IMG/VR virus record: IMGVR_UViG_3300046171_000218
Direction: 5' to 3' (one strand)
DNA: 64,000 nt
From: an uncultured virus (IMG/VR IMGVR_UViG_3300046171_000218)
Lineage: Duplodnaviria; Heunggongvirae; Uroviricota; Caudoviricetes
Below the pieces are notes generated by a model, which worked only from the letters and a program-made list of their open reading frames with translations, made no database searches and was not told the DNA's origin. Positions 1 through 10,344 of the stretch are shown here, piece after piece. Numbering within the stretch: the stretch's first letter is position 1; every line of letters begins with the position of its first letter. The translations under genes and the position numbers were made by a program.

Positions 1-259
1 CAACAGACTTACCGCGAATATTAAGGAACAAATATTCAATATCAAACGTAGGAAGAGTTTCTACTTTGACACCGCGTGTCTGAATACAGTCTTTTAAAAC
101 TGCCTTGATTGCATTGGTGATTTCCTTTGAGTCATCACTTTCAAGTGCAAGAACTAATAACTTTTCTTCTTTTACAAGAAAGGGACGATACTTGATTGTT
201 TTTCCAGTCGAAGGTAATTCCAACTCATAAGTTGGCGTTGAAATTTTTGGTAAAGGCAT
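1..259 (-). CDS. gp26: Baseplate hub subunit (T4 gp26-like), runs off the window edge
   Basis: Manual translation from ATG at 259: MPLPKISTPTYELELPSTGKTIKYRPFLVKEEKLLVLA...LPTFDIEYLFLNIRGKSV, the typical gp26 N-terminus. Confidence 0.85.
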   Translation of the reverse strand, partial: MPLPKISTPTYELELPSTGKTIKYRPFLVKEEKLLVLALESDDSKEITNAIKAVLKDCIQTRGVKVETLPTFDIEYLFLNIRGKSV

Positions 260-287
260 GATATGTTATTCAGTATGTGTATTTATT

Positions 288-920
288 CTAGTTGTTCTTA
301 CTTCTTAAGACATAGCGTGAGAAGTTAAAGTTAACTCTGCATAGTAAAAGTTCAGATGCATCATAGCTTACCTCCATCTGATCAATAGAGATTGGATATG
401 CATTAAGGAATTTATACTCTAGGTTTCTTCCCTCATAATCCCTCTCAAACTTTCTAATGAAGATATCAGTCTTATATTCGTTTGGGAAATTTACTCTGTA
501 ACTGTAATTTTCTTTTTCCGCTTCTTTTAATCCACTTTCATTAACAATAAATGCGATCCAGTTTTCAAAGAAATAAATTAGATCATATTCTTTATCAACA
601 TAGAAAGTGAAGGAAGCAGTGGGGTTATACTGTCTCCTGTATGCATGTCTTTCGGTTACACCTGTAAAATCATTATCTAAAGTATGAGTTGCTAGTGAAG
701 TTCCTGGCAATGCAGCATCTCTACATGATAATGTTAATTTTTCTCCCAAGGTTCCAGGAGAATATCCATTACCAAGTTTTAATATGCTTCTACTATAAAT
801 CCAGGATCTAACATCAGATGGAGGATTAAAGTGACACTCGTAAGTAGATGTAAGAGCAGGATTTAAAATTGTAGATTTTAATTTATCAACTGTTTTTGCC
901 TTTGGTTTTGGCGTTGCCAT
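288..920 (-). CDS. Tail-tube-fold baseplate protein (gp54/gp19-like tail tube initiator)
   Basis: LSCRDAALPG...FTFYVD...FFENW...YKFLNAYPISI pattern; position between gp4 and gp26. Confidence 0.65.
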   Translation of the reverse strand: MATPKPKAKTVDKLKSTILNPALTSTYECHFNPPSDVRSWIYSRSILKLGNGYSPGTLGEKLTLSCRDAALPGTSLATHTLDNDFTGVTERHAYRRQYNPTASFTFYVDKEYDLIYFFENWIAFIVNESGLKEAEKENYSYRVNFPNEYKTDIFIRKFERDYEGRNLEYKFLNAYPISIDQMEVSYDASELLLCRVNFNFSRYVLRSKNN

Positions 921-949
921 CTAAATAGTTGTTACCGTATATATTATGT

Positions 950-1393
950 ATGGGAGTTAGTAAGAAAAGTATTTACAACCCTTCTAATCCTAAAAAATAT
1001 AAAGGAAATGCTAGCAATATTATTTGCAGAAGCAACTGGGAGAGGCGTTTCTGTAAGTGGTGTGACTTAAGTGAAAGCATCCTTGAGTGGGGTAGTGAAG
1101 AATTCTTTATCCCATACTTGTCACCAGTTGATAAAAGAGTTCACAGATACTTTCCCGATTTTATCATAAAAGTGAAGGAAAGCACAGGACAAGTGAAGAC
1201 ATATGTTATTGAAGTTAAACCAAAGAAGCAAACTAAAAAACCAACTAGTAAGTCTTCTTTGTTTGAGTGCAAAACCTATGCTATTAATCAAGCAAAGTGG
1301 AATGCAGCTCGTGAATGGTGTGCTGATAGATTGATTGAATTTAAAATCATCACAGAAGACGAGTTAGGTATCAATTATGGCAAGAAGGGCTAA
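950..1393 (+). CDS. gp4: Head completion nuclease (T4 gp4-like)
   Basis: YNPSNPKKYKG...RSNWE...YFPDF...IEVKPKKQT motifs; ATG at 950 preferred, after late-promoter-like CTAAATA at 921-927. Confidence 0.9.
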   Translation: MGVSKKSIYNPSNPKKYKGNASNIICRSNWERRFCKWCDLSESILEWGSEEFFIPYLSPVDKRVHRYFPDFIIKVKESTGQVKTYVIEVKPKKQTKKPTSKSSLFECKTYAINQAKWNAAREWCADRLIEFKIITEDELGINYGKKG

Positions 1394-1871
1394 ACGAAGA
1401 AGATCAGGTGGGCCTTCTTATGAAGAGGTGAAGGCACAAATTGATGCAAGAGAAGAAGAGAAGCGTCTAAAACGCGAAGAACGACAATCAGCAGATGAAT
1501 TTCAGTTTGAAGGACAAGTAGGTGATAATCGCATTGAACCTGAAAAAGACTCTATCAGAGACTTGGGTGATCCTGAAGAAATGATGCTTGAGATTATGAC
1601 TATCTTGAATGAAACCGTAGTTATTCCTGATCTTGGTGAAGTATACACTTATATCTACAACGCAAAAACTCCTAAACTCAAGTACGATCAACATCCATTA
1701 GTCACTGTGACTAGTGTAAATCGATGGGGATTTAGCGGACTTAACTTTCACTGGAATCAAGTAAGAAACTACACCTGGAATGAGATACCAGGAAGTTTGC
1801 ATCTCGTCAGAACAAGTGAACTTCAATCATTACTTGATATACCTTATGCATATTATCTCACCAACCCCTAA
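1377..1871 (+). CDS. gp2: DNA end protector-like protein (T4 gp2-like)
   Basis: YTYIYNAKTPKLKYDQHPLV...GFSGLNFHW motif; synteny with gp4 and gp48. Confidence 0.7.
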   Translation: MARRAKRRRSGGPSYEEVKAQIDAREEEKRLKREERQSADEFQFEGQVGDNRIEPEKDSIRDLGDPEEMMLEIMTILNETVVIPDLGEVYTYIYNAKTPKLKYDQHPLVTVTSVNRWGFSGLNFHWNQVRNYTWNEIPGSLHLVRTSELQSLLDIPYAYYLTNP

Positions 1872-1896
1872 TAAATAGAAAAAAGTTCTGTCTATA

Positions 1897-3267
1897 ATGT
1901 CTGCACAAGAAGCGACAAGCGAGTTAACAGTTGAACGTCCTGTGGGTAGCGGTAAGAAAGATTTCTACACCATAACAACATATGAAAACTCGAAACCGAC
2001 AAACACTGAAATCAAAATGTCGATTGATCCATCGACTTATAAATCTTATCAACTAGAGGGTGGAAAGGCTGCAGAACTCTCTAATGAGAGAGATGGAAAA
2101 TATTACGTCACCGTCAGAAATGGAGGAATTGATTCAATATACTCTACAACAGATGTAAGAAAAGTTTTAGCAGATACAGGAAATAACTCTTTAACAACTG
2201 TATTAAATGACAGATCAATAGATGCATTGACATCACAATTTACAGAGGATCAAGAGGGCAGTAAAAAATCATTTTGGCAAAATAACTACAGTCCTTTTGA
2301 TAATGTTGCTATAAGTCCCAATGAAGTGCAACCTCGTATTGCAGAAAACTTTGCAATTGATGAAATTAAAATCGAAGTAAAAGATAGACGAAAAAAATAT
2401 GAAAATTTATTTTATCCAGAAGATATAGTTTCTTCAAAGCAAGATAAGGTAAGATTTACAATGTTCTTTCAGGGGGTTCAAGAATTGGATTTGATTTAAA
2501 TGCAAGAAATCCATTTAAAATAGGAAAGAAAATACAAACAAATATAGAAGGTTCTGTTACACTTCCTATTCAAGGCGGAATAGGAGATCAAAACGAAGTT
2601 GGTTACAATAATAATAGTACATTAAATCCAGTTCAAGGTGCATTGGAGCATCTTGCTTTAAATCCACAAGCAGCTGTTCAAAATTTGATTGATGTTTTTA
2701 GAGGTGGTACTGATATTCAAGCAGCACTAAGGAGCACAGAAGCAACTAATACTATTGGAGCATTAAGACTTTATCTAGCACAGCAAGCAGTTGGAGCATC
2801 AGGATTAATTCCCAGAACAACTGGTGCAATACTAAATCCTAATTTAGAATTAATTCTTCAATCACCATCACTTAGAAGTTTTAACTTTACTTTTACAATG
2901 TCTGCTAGAAGTAGAACTGAGGCAACACAAATCAAAAAAATAATTAGATTTTTTCAAACAGGGAATGAGTGTAAAAAGATCTGATACATCTTTGTTTGTC
3001 GTATCTCCAAATATGTTTAGAATTCAATATTTGACAAGCACTGATGGAAATATATCAATAGATCATCCATCAATTGGTAAAATTAAAGATTGTGCCTTAA
3101 CAGCAATAAATACAGAATATACTCCTGATGGAACTTATATGACATTTGACGATGAAGCAAGGACAATGACTTCATATAGAATCAATATGCAATTTACAGA
3201 ACTAGAACCATTAACTGAAACTGATTATATTGAAACAGCAGCAAGGCAAGATTCAATAGGTTACTAA
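1897..3267 (+). CDS. gp48: Baseplate tail-tube cap (gp48-like), split by about 2 frameshifts
   Basis: Fragments 1897-2499, 2643-2984 and 2965-3267 join into LFYP...GAILNPNLELIL..PSLRSFNFTF...IGKIKDCALT..YTPDG...FTELEP. Confidence 0.8.
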
Positions 3268-3934
3268 TGGCAAGTTATTTCAGACAAGTACCAGACTTCG
3301 ATTATGTCAACAGAGATTCTGATGGCAAAAATATTGGTGACTATCAAGTCGTAAAAAACTTATTAAAGAGGTAAAGATTCGTCAAGACATTCTTGAAAAT
3401 ATAGCATACTTTACTCAATATCAGATTGTTGGTGATGATCGTCCTGACAATGTTGCTTTTGAAATCTATGGAGACGAAACATTTGATTGGTTAGTTCTTC
3501 TTTCCAATAACATCGTCAATATTCAGAATGAGTGGCCCATGAATCAATTGGCATTTGATGAATTCTTAATTAAAAAGTATGGAAGCATTGAGAAAACACA
3601 GAATATTCATCACTATGAAACCAGAGAACTGAAGAATGATTCTGGACAGATCGTAACACCTAAAGGATTAAATGTTCCTAAAAATTATAAAGTTGAATAC
3701 TTTGATACAAAAAGAAATCAATATGTAGTTAGAACGAATGAAGTAGATGCAGTAACGAACTATGTTTATGAAATCCGTAAAGAAGAAGCAAAGAGAAATA
3801 TCTACTTACTGAAACCAGAATATGTTGAACTAATTCTTGATGATACTCAAAGATTGATGAGATATAAAAAAGGTTCCGCTCAGTATGTGAGCAGAACCTT
3901 GAAGAAAGGAGAAGATATTAGATTGTTTAATTAA
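3267..3934 (+). CDS. gp53: Baseplate wedge subunit (gp53-like), one frameshift near 3355-3365
   Basis: ATG at 3267 gives MASYFRQVPDFDYV; downstream frame has GDDRPDNVAFEIYG...WLVLLSNNI...EWP...IHHYET. Confidence 0.85.
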
Positions 3935-4875
3935 CTCTCTGCCAGTTTCTGGAAGTAAGAGAGTGCATCATCTTCGTCTTCATCCTTAGATGCAACTGGT
4001 GTAGATACAGTGATATCAGGAGCATTGAAGTCAGGCTTAGAGCGTGTCAGTGACTCTTGAATCTGACGCTCTGCAGACTCTTTTGCTGCATAACCATCAT
4101 ACTCAGTTTCTTCATCTGCAGGAGAAGGAGTACGGGACTTCTGTCCCAAAACATACTTCAGACGACGCTCAAGATCTTCATATGACTTGAACTGATCTTC
4201 AGCAGTCAGTCCTGCAAGAGAATACTGCTTCTTCCAGATTGCTTCCATGGCATCATCATCGGAGAGGAGCGGAGAAGCTGCTTCAAACTCAGACTTGTCA
4301 TAATTCCAGTAACCATCTTTCTTGACAATCTTCAGTTTGAAGTTTGCACCCTGCCAGAAGTCAAAAGGATTGATAGGAGTTTCGTCTTCAAACTCAGGTT
4401 GCATTGCTTCCATGATCTTATCAAAGATCTTCTTACCGAACTTATAGAGGAAGACACCACCTTCATTGTGAGGATTAGTAGGATCCTTCACAACATAAAC
4501 ATTTGCATAGTAAGACAGTTTACGCTTCTGCTTACGAACAATTTCTTTGTTAGAGTCAATACCGCTGTTCCACAGTTCGCGGTTGTGCTCTGATACGGGA
4601 TCTTTTTGTCCCAGAGTTGTGAGAGAGTTTTCAATGTACCAACCACCAGTGCCTTGGAAGGCATGGGAGTACATCTTTGCCCAAGGGAGATCTTCTCCAT
4701 CAGGGGCAGGAAGGAAACGGAGGACAGCAAACCCGTTACCAACTTTATCTACTTCGGGTTTCCAGAGGCGATCATCACCTCCACCACCACTATTATTCAT
4801 CTTCTCTACTTCTTTGACGAGTTTAGAAGTCAGAGAACCAATAGAGGATTGCTTTTTAAGATCAGAAAAGGACAT
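3931..4875 (-). CDS. gp32: Single-stranded DNA-binding protein
   Basis: GNGFAVLRFLPAP, HAFQGTGGWYIENS, FDFWQGANFKLK, acidic tail DDALSYFQKLAE. Confidence 0.97.
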   Translation of the reverse strand: MSFSDLKKQSSIGSLTSKLVKEVEKMNNSGGGGDDRLWKPEVDKVGNGFAVLRFLPAPDGEDLPWAKMYSHAFQGTGGWYIENSLTTLGQKDPVSEHNRELWNSGIDSNKEIVRKQKRKLSYYANVYVVKDPTNPHNEGGVFLYKFGKKIFDKIMEAMQPEFEDETPINPFDFWQGANFKLKIVKKDGYWNYDKSEFEAASPLLSDDDAMEAIWKKQYSLAGLTAEDQFKSYEDLERRLKYVLGQKSRTPSPADEETEYDGYAAKESAERQIQESLTRSKPDFNAPDITVSTPVASKDEDEDDALSYFQKLAES

Positions 4876-4930
4876 TTTTGTATTTGTGAGATTTGGCTTT
4901 TGGGTACTTCGTTATTCTACAGTTCTTTTT

Positions 4931-5263
4931 CTAGGATTCGTCAAGTGCTTTACGCATTGTTTCGATTGACTTGGACATTTGTTCCAAGATAACAACAATA
5001 TTTTTATCTGAGTCGAGACCCATCATTGAGGCAGAGTCAATGATTCTCTGCTTCAGTTTTTGAGCCTCGGGATCATCAGATAAACTCAACCTAGTATAAA
5101 GAACTTTTTGTTTTTCTAAGAGGCGAGATAAAAGATCAATGTGTTTAATTTTATCCTCTTTAGTCATAGAGTAAAAAGAAAACATGTTGGTATATACTTC
5201 TTGTTGAAGTTGACCAACCTCTGTCATTTCTGCTCGGACTACTTCGGAATCAAAAAAACTCAT
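4931..5263 (-). CDS. Conserved cyanophage protein (DUF1825-like)
   Basis: MSFFDSEVVRAE...RLSLSDDPEA motif, usual neighbour of gp32. Confidence 0.7.
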   Translation of the reverse strand: MSFFDSEVVRAEMTEVGQLQQEVYTNMFSFYSMTKEDKIKHIDLLSRLLEKQKVLYTRLSLSDDPEAQKLKQRIIDSASMMGLDSDKNIVVILEQMSKSIETMRKALDES

Positions 5264-5484
5264 GCGTCTTCTTCCACATCTTCATCAACAACTTCATCAA
5301 CAACTTCTTCTACTGATTTAGAAGCTTCAATTTGCTCAAGAACTTCAACGGCACCAGCAACTCTCAGAAGAGTATTTGATGTATTTTGCATTTGAACATT
5401 TAGTTCTTGCATGTTTTTTTCTAATTCAGTTTTTCTTTCCTGCAATTCAATCAGGACATTCGCATTTTCAAGTGCCATAAACAA
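5260..5484 (-). CDS. Hypothetical coiled-coil protein with acidic tail
   Basis: Fills the gap, overlapping both neighbours. Confidence 0.6.
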   Translation of the reverse strand: MFMALENANVLIELQERKTELEKNMQELNVQMQNTSNTLLRVAGAVEVLEQIEASKSVEEVVDEVVDEDVEEDA

Positions 5485-6061
5485 CCTCTTTTAAAATTTT
5501 TTTGTATCGAAATACATCGATATTTAGGAAGGGAGAATACTTTCGCATTCTCATACTTACGGATTCCCACACCGGGTCTTGCAACCTTTTGTCAAAGTTA
5601 GATCTGAATCCGAGAATTTTATCAAGTATCACAAGTGTTTCAATTGATAGATCACCAGCCAAATATTTTTTAAGTATTGTTGGGTGACCACTTACCCTTG
5701 CAAATATAGAATCTAAAGTAGAATTTGCAAGAACTTTTTCTATTTCTTCTTTGAAGACATAAGAAAGGGACTGATTTCTTTTCTTCCATGAAGTATAGCG
5801 GCCTTCACCCTCTCGTATCATTTCACCAATCCAAAGTTTGCTTGGATCGGTACAAGTAATAAAATTCGAGACAAAAAAATCGACGACTTCTTTGTCGTCT
5901 TTTTGGCGAGCTAGTTTCTCAAACCAGAAGCGATCTTTACGCTTATAGAATGATTGGACTGTTGCTCTACTCTTTCCACAATACTTATGATAATCGTATT
6001 TTTCTTTTGTAAAATGATTTTTTAAGGACAAATAACAACGATAAGCATCAAAGGGCATCAT
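5468..6061 (-). CDS. gp59: Helicase loader (T4 gp59-like)
   Basis: YLSLKNHFT..KYDYHKY..FYKRKDRFWFEKL motif. Confidence 0.9.
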   Translation of the reverse strand: MMPFDAYRCYLSLKNHFTKEKYDYHKYCGKSRATVQSFYKRKDRFWFEKLARQKDDKEVVDFFVSNFITCTDPSKLWIGEMIREGEGRYTSWKKRNQSLSYVFKEEIEKVLANSTLDSIFARVSGHPTILKKYLAGDLSIETLVILDKILGFRSNFDKRLQDPVWESVSMRMRKYSPFLNIDVFRYKKILKEVVYGT

Positions 6062-6062
6062 T

Positions 6063-6344
6063 TTAAATTGGTAGTTTTGCTCGGGAAGTTCTCTTTAGAA
6101 AATTAAGTTCCATAGCTTCATATTTAATTTTCTCTTTTAGGGGTTTAGAAATAAGTTTAGGAACTGAATCGAACTCAATATTATTATTTTCGCAGAATAA
6201 AATGATAGCATCAATGTAACTCATGTTAGAGTCCTTGACCATATTCTCTATCTCTTGTGCGAATTTTGTAGGGCAGAAAAACTTCTTTTCTAGTTCCTTC
6301 TTTAATTCATTTGACATTACTTGTCCCAGTATGGTGATGTACAA
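6063..6344 (-). CDS. gp33: Late-transcription coactivator (T4 gp33-like); true start probably a little downstream
   Basis: YIDAII..CE.N.IE...VPKLISKPLKEKIKYEA..LNFLK motif. Confidence 0.9.
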   Translation of the reverse strand: MYITILGQVMSNELKKELEKKFFCPTKFAQEIENMVKDSNMSYIDAIILFCENNNIEFDSVPKLISKPLKEKIKYEAMELNFLKRTSRAKLPI

Positions 6345-6990
6345 ATTCTTTGATGTATCTAACTAGTAGCTTAATATACTCGCCTTTGTTACGTTTGTCA
6401 AATACTTTTACTTCACCACTGGGAGTTACCATGAGAGTGATTAATTTTTTAACTGGAATACCAGTCATCTCATAGTATGCACACGCATAAAATGTTTCTT
6501 GGACAAAATAGTTTTCCAACCATTTCTCAGGTTTGATCTTTTCAGATGTTTTAAAATCAATAACTGCTAGTTCTCCTTCGTACTCACCAATGCAGTCAAC
6601 CCTACCAGCCAGTCCATAATACTCTGAATAAAGAGTTCTTTCAATAGCATGTACGTTATTTATCTTGTCAAGATATGGTTTAGCATGATGAAACATAAAC
6701 TGAGTCATGGGACGGAAATCATCCCAGTTCAGATGTAGATTCATCAAATATGCTTGAGCCGCTTCGTGAAAATCAGTTCCCCTAGCAGTTGCTTTCTTTG
6801 TGATACGATTTGCCTCTTCAATACCAACTCTCTTCCGCCACTTCGTAAAAATCTCTCTATTATAAAAAGAAGTCACAGAAGTAATGGAGGGAACCCACTG
6901 TCCATCTGGAAGATTATAGAAGCGAATTCCCTGTGTTTCTTTTTTGTTTAGTTCAATATCACCCAGATAATTATGATGAATGAAGTTCAT
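6307..6990 (-). CDS. PD-(D/E)XK exonuclease
   Basis: PSITSV, RGTDFH, AGRVDCI, VIDFKTS motifs. Confidence 0.85.
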   Translation of the reverse strand: MNFIHHNYLGDIELNKKETQGIRFYNLPDGQWVPSITSVTSFYNREIFTKWRKRVGIEEANRITKKATARGTDFHEAAQAYLMNLHLNWDDFRPMTQFMFHHAKPYLDKINNVHAIERTLYSEYYGLAGRVDCIGEYEGELAVIDFKTSEKIKPEKWLENYFVQETFYACAYYEMTGIPVKKLITLMVTPSGEVKVFDKRNKGEYIKLLVRYIKEFVHHHTGTSNVK

Positions 6991-7739
6991 AGTTTAAGTT
7001 CGTCTTTCGCAAGCAAGTATTCTTTACATAGTCCAGAACGGACAATATCTTCAACACCAAATTCAATAATATCAACGGAAGGCATAACTCTAAGAATATT
7101 CATAAAATCATGAATACCATTTCTTTCATTCTGTTTAACCAAGTCAGTCTGAGTTGCGTCACCGCAGAACATAATCTTGGTATCTTCACCAACCCTTGTA
7201 ATAATACTATCAAGTTCGTGAAAGTTCAAGTTTTGATATTCATCAACAATAATAATCGCTCTGTCTAAAGTTGTTCCTCTAATAAAAGATGTACTCCAGA
7301 AACTAATTGTTCCTTGAGTCTTCAGATTACCGTAAAGCATTTCAAAGTCTGTCTCCGAAGGGAGAGAAAACATATACTTTACCATATTCTTGTATGGAAT
7401 CTGATAGATATCAGACTTGTCCTCATGATCACCAGGTAAGAATCCAATCTCTCTAGTTGCTACAAGAGATCGAACAATATAGATTTTATCATATGGAGAT
7501 CTTTCATCAAGAACTTCTCTCAGTGCATTGTAGAGAGTGATGAACGTTTTACCTGTACCTGCTGCACCATATGCAACTAAGTTTTTATTATCAGAGTAAG
7601 CGTCAAATAGTTTTTGTTGATTATCAGTGAGAGGATCAATACTCCTCATCAAATCGGTATTGATTGGTTTACGACGTTTCATCTGCTTTGCAGTTAAACC
7701 GACACCAATAGGGAGATCTCTTTTTCTTTTTGCAGGCAT
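6987..7739 (-). CDS. phoH: PhoH-family ATPase
   Basis: Walker A GAAGTGKT, IGFLPG, SFIRGTT, DEYQN, GDATQTD, DIVRSGL. Confidence 0.95.
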   Translation of the reverse strand: MPAKRKRDLPIGVGLTAKQMKRRKPINTDLMRSIDPLTDNQQKLFDAYSDNKNLVAYGAAGTGKTFITLYNALREVLDERSPYDKIYIVRSLVATREIGFLPGDHEDKSDIYQIPYKNMVKYMFSLPSETDFEMLYGNLKTQGTISFWSTSFIRGTTLDRAIIIVDEYQNLNFHELDSIITRVGEDTKIMFCGDATQTDLVKQNERNGIHDFMNILRVMPSVDIIEFGVEDIVRSGLCKEYLLAKDELKL

Positions 7740-7742
7740 AGA

Positions 7743-7991
7743 TTAAACAGGTTTGACAGTGGAACCAGGATACTTAGATGCACGATGTAAAACATCGTTC
7801 CATCCAGGATGAGACTTTTTAAGTTTATCGTAAACTTCTCCGAGTTCACCGCAGCCGGGTGCAGTGCTTGGATCACTCCAGTCTCTTTGCCATTGAGGAT
7901 TATCCTCTAACCATTGAGTCCATTCATGTACACTAAGTTTGACATCCTTTTGTTCACCAGTTTCCTTATTAATAACAGGATATGTGGCCAA
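7743..7991 (-). CDS. Conserved small cyanophage protein upstream of phoH
   Basis: MATYPVINKETGEQK...PGWNDVL; GGAGG RBS upstream. Confidence 0.8.
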   Translation of the reverse strand: MATYPVINKETGEQKDVKLSVHEWTQWLEDNPQWQRDWSDPSTAPGCGELGEVYDKLKKSHPGWNDVLHRASKYPGSTVKPV

Positions 7992-8042
7992 TTAAACCTC
8001 CATAGTGTGTAAGAATATTTATTATAGCACAACTTAAGTTGA

Positions 8043-8882
8043 TTAAGAATAAATCACTTTTTTTACCGATGCTTTTTTATAATTAACCCTCCTTACCATC
8101 ATATTATCATTTGATTTTCCATATGTAAAGAAATCTTCCAATGCAAACTTATGATGTTCATTCTTCCACCAATCATAATACATGTCTCTACACTCCCGAA
8201 ACCATCCTCTTGCAGTTCCGGATAAATCAACATCGCTTCCCAAATCTGAATTATTAGTAATCAATGGCATTGAATATGTTTTTCCTCCTTCAAGGATAAA
8301 TGCATCTACCATACCATAGATTTTTTTATGTCTAATATCACTTGTTTTTAAATTTAATTTAAATTTTCCATCAATATAATGAAGTTTAAGAAGTTTTTTT
8401 GCATAGTCACGATTTATTAAACAAGGGCCAAATCCATGATTATGATGAACAGGATGTAAATAAAAAAAGAGAATATCTTCATTTTCATAACCCAGTTGAA
8501 TACAATCCCAGTTTTCTGGAATATGATTCATTAAATAGTTCCAATCAAAATTCCAGTACTCAATCAAAGAAAGATCATAGTCATCTTCCATGATTAGTAG
8601 ATGTTCTTCATCAGTTGTCTCCAACCAATTATTAATCATTTCTATATGAGTGATTGAATCACCTACGGCAGCAGATCCAAATGGGAGTCCCTCAGTATCT
8701 AAAACTAAATGCTCCCATTTATAATCCTCTGTAGAAAGATATTTTGTTGCAGAAATTCTATGGAAATTACTAATTTTCCAATAATCAAATTGAGATTCCA
8801 TATAATCTCTACGATCTGTTCTATGATCTAGATTGACATAATATATTGTGGGAAGTCCTTTCAATTTATCTTTTAAATTCAC
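8043..8882 (-). CDS. Glycosyltransferase family 25-like
   Basis: YYVNLDHRTDRR...RISA...LIMEDD...WDCIQL; similar to 32707-33543. Confidence 0.8.
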   Translation of the reverse strand: MNLKDKLKGLPTIYYVNLDHRTDRRDYMESQFDYWKISNFHRISATKYLSTEDYKWEHLVLDTEGLPFGSAAVGDSITHIEMINNWLETTDEEHLLIMEDDYDLSLIEYWNFDWNYLMNHIPENWDCIQLGYENEDILFFYLHPVHHNHGFGPCLINRDYAKKLLKLHYIDGKFKLNLKTSDIRHKKIYGMVDAFILEGGKTYSMPLITNNSDLGSDVDLSGTARGWFRECRDMYYDWWKNEHHKFALEDFFTYGKSNDNMMVRRVNYKKASVKKVIYS

Positions 8883-8883
8883 A

Positions 8884-9843
8884 TCAATCTCTCTCCAAAT
8901 CTAAAGTAACGCAATGAAAAATACCGCTCAGTGTTCTTCCATGTCTCATGGGAAGCATAGCACATTCTATTCCATGTTTTTCAAGTGCTTTCCTTGTTGG
9001 TTCTTGATGTTCTTCAAGAGCAATCAAATTCTCATTAACACTAAAAAGATTCATGTTAACCCACTCAGAAGCATGATTATATCCGGGAAAATATCCAATG
9101 TCAACTGGTTCTGGACACCATACAACATCCCAACTTCTAAATGGTTCTGGAAGAACCTCAACAGATTTAATTCTTTCGGAATTAAGTAACATTAGTCCTT
9201 CACGAAGAAAAGCAATAGTGGTGTCGATATGCATATAACTATAAACTCCCTGCAGCATATTAATCTTTGCTCTATCCCCAAGAATTTCTTGAAGTAACTC
9301 TGCACCTTTTACATTCCCACTATTAGAAACCAAATAAAGAATATCGTCATTTGCTCTAAGAATATTAGCAGCATCGAATGCTGGTAATAATTCATTCAAT
9401 GCCAGTATGTCTTTATCACCTACACAATTCAAGTTGTAAAGATCATCACAATAATTGCAAGATATTACTTCAAAATCTAAAATTTCAGAAAAAGGTTTCC
9501 ATGCATCTGCTCTACATTTAAGAGGCATAGGAGTTGCAATTGAAATGTCTTTATGAGTGAAGATTACATCTCTTGGACAAAAATTATAATAATCTGTTTT
9601 AGATCTATCAGGCCTTAAAACCTCAACATTTTCTCCTTGTAAAAAGTTGACAAATACATCTAAATCTTCGTTTGCTTCCTCTATAACTTGTTGAGGATAT
9701 AAACCAACTGGAATATCTGATATGTTTTTCCTATCTGCATAATTGATGGTGCGGACACTTAAATCAATCTCTGGAACACTTGCGTAATCAGCAACTCCAA
9801 CTATGACTTTTTTTAATTTGCCCCATTCATTTTGACTTCTCAT
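8884..9843 (-). CDS. Amidinotransferase (glycine/inosamine-phosphate amidinotransferase family)
   Basis: NEWGKLKKVIVG, FCPRD, FDAAN (Asp), MHIDTT (His), GIFHCVTLD (Cys): catalytic triad motifs intact. Confidence 0.88.
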   Translation of the reverse strand: MRSQNEWGKLKKVIVGVADYASVPEIDLSVRTINYADRKNISDIPVGLYPQQVIEEANEDLDVFVNFLQGENVEVLRPDRSKTDYYNFCPRDVIFTHKDISIATPMPLKCRADAWKPFSEILDFEVISCNYCDDLYNLNCVGDKDILALNELLPAFDAANILRANDDILYLVSNSGNVKGAELLQEILGDRAKINMLQGVYSYMHIDTTIAFLREGLMLLNSERIKSVEVLPEPFRSWDVVWCPEPVDIGYFPGYNHASEWVNMNLFSVNENLIALEEHQEPTRKALEKHGIECAMLPMRHGRTLSGIFHCVTLDLERD

Positions 9844-10344
9844 TTATTTCAAAATACCTGTAATTTGAACTGCATATCTATCATTCATACTAAAATTGTA
9901 GAATGCATGTATTTCATCATAATTCCAATAAAAACAATCGCCAGACTTCCACTTACAGTAAGCGGTATCTTTAACCTGTAAAATTTGTCCAGGACTACTA
10001 TCTTCCAACATAACCATACATCTAATTATATTTTTTGGATCAGCATTAAAAATTTCTGCATATCTTCCATACAAATCAATGTGAAGAGGTAAATACTGTC
10101 CAGGTTTAAAATAATTTATAGCAGGTGCAGGATTATCTAAAAAGTTAAATCTTGGTAGGATATAATCATCAATACATGCAGGCATCTTATTTGGTAGATG
10201 ATACTTATACATAGACATATTTTCTCTATTATGCCCCGATCTTACATAATCTTCAACTAACTCTTCATCTCTATGGGTTGAGAGAATATAGTTCAAATTT
10301 TCAAAATCTGTTATAATCCACTTTGGATCTACATGATTTATCAT
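9844..10344 (-). CDS. 2OG-Fe(II) oxygenase / cupin-fold protein
   Basis: PGQYLPLHID (HxD), distal H in EIHAFYN, R in DRYAVQITG. Confidence 0.7.
   Translation of the reverse strand: MINHVDPKWIITDFENLNYILSTHRDEELVEDYVRSGHNRENMSMYKYHLPNKMPACIDDYILPRFNFLDNPAPAINYFKPGQYLPLHIDLYGRYAEIFNADPKNIIRCMVMLEDSSPGQILQVKDTAYCKWKSGDCFYWNYDEIHAFYNFSMNDRYAVQITGILK

Noticed and set aside
6307..6990. Cas4-like nuclease implying a CRISPR system
   Set aside because: It is the usual exonuclease between phoH and gp33; I saw no repeat-spacer array or other cas genes in the window.
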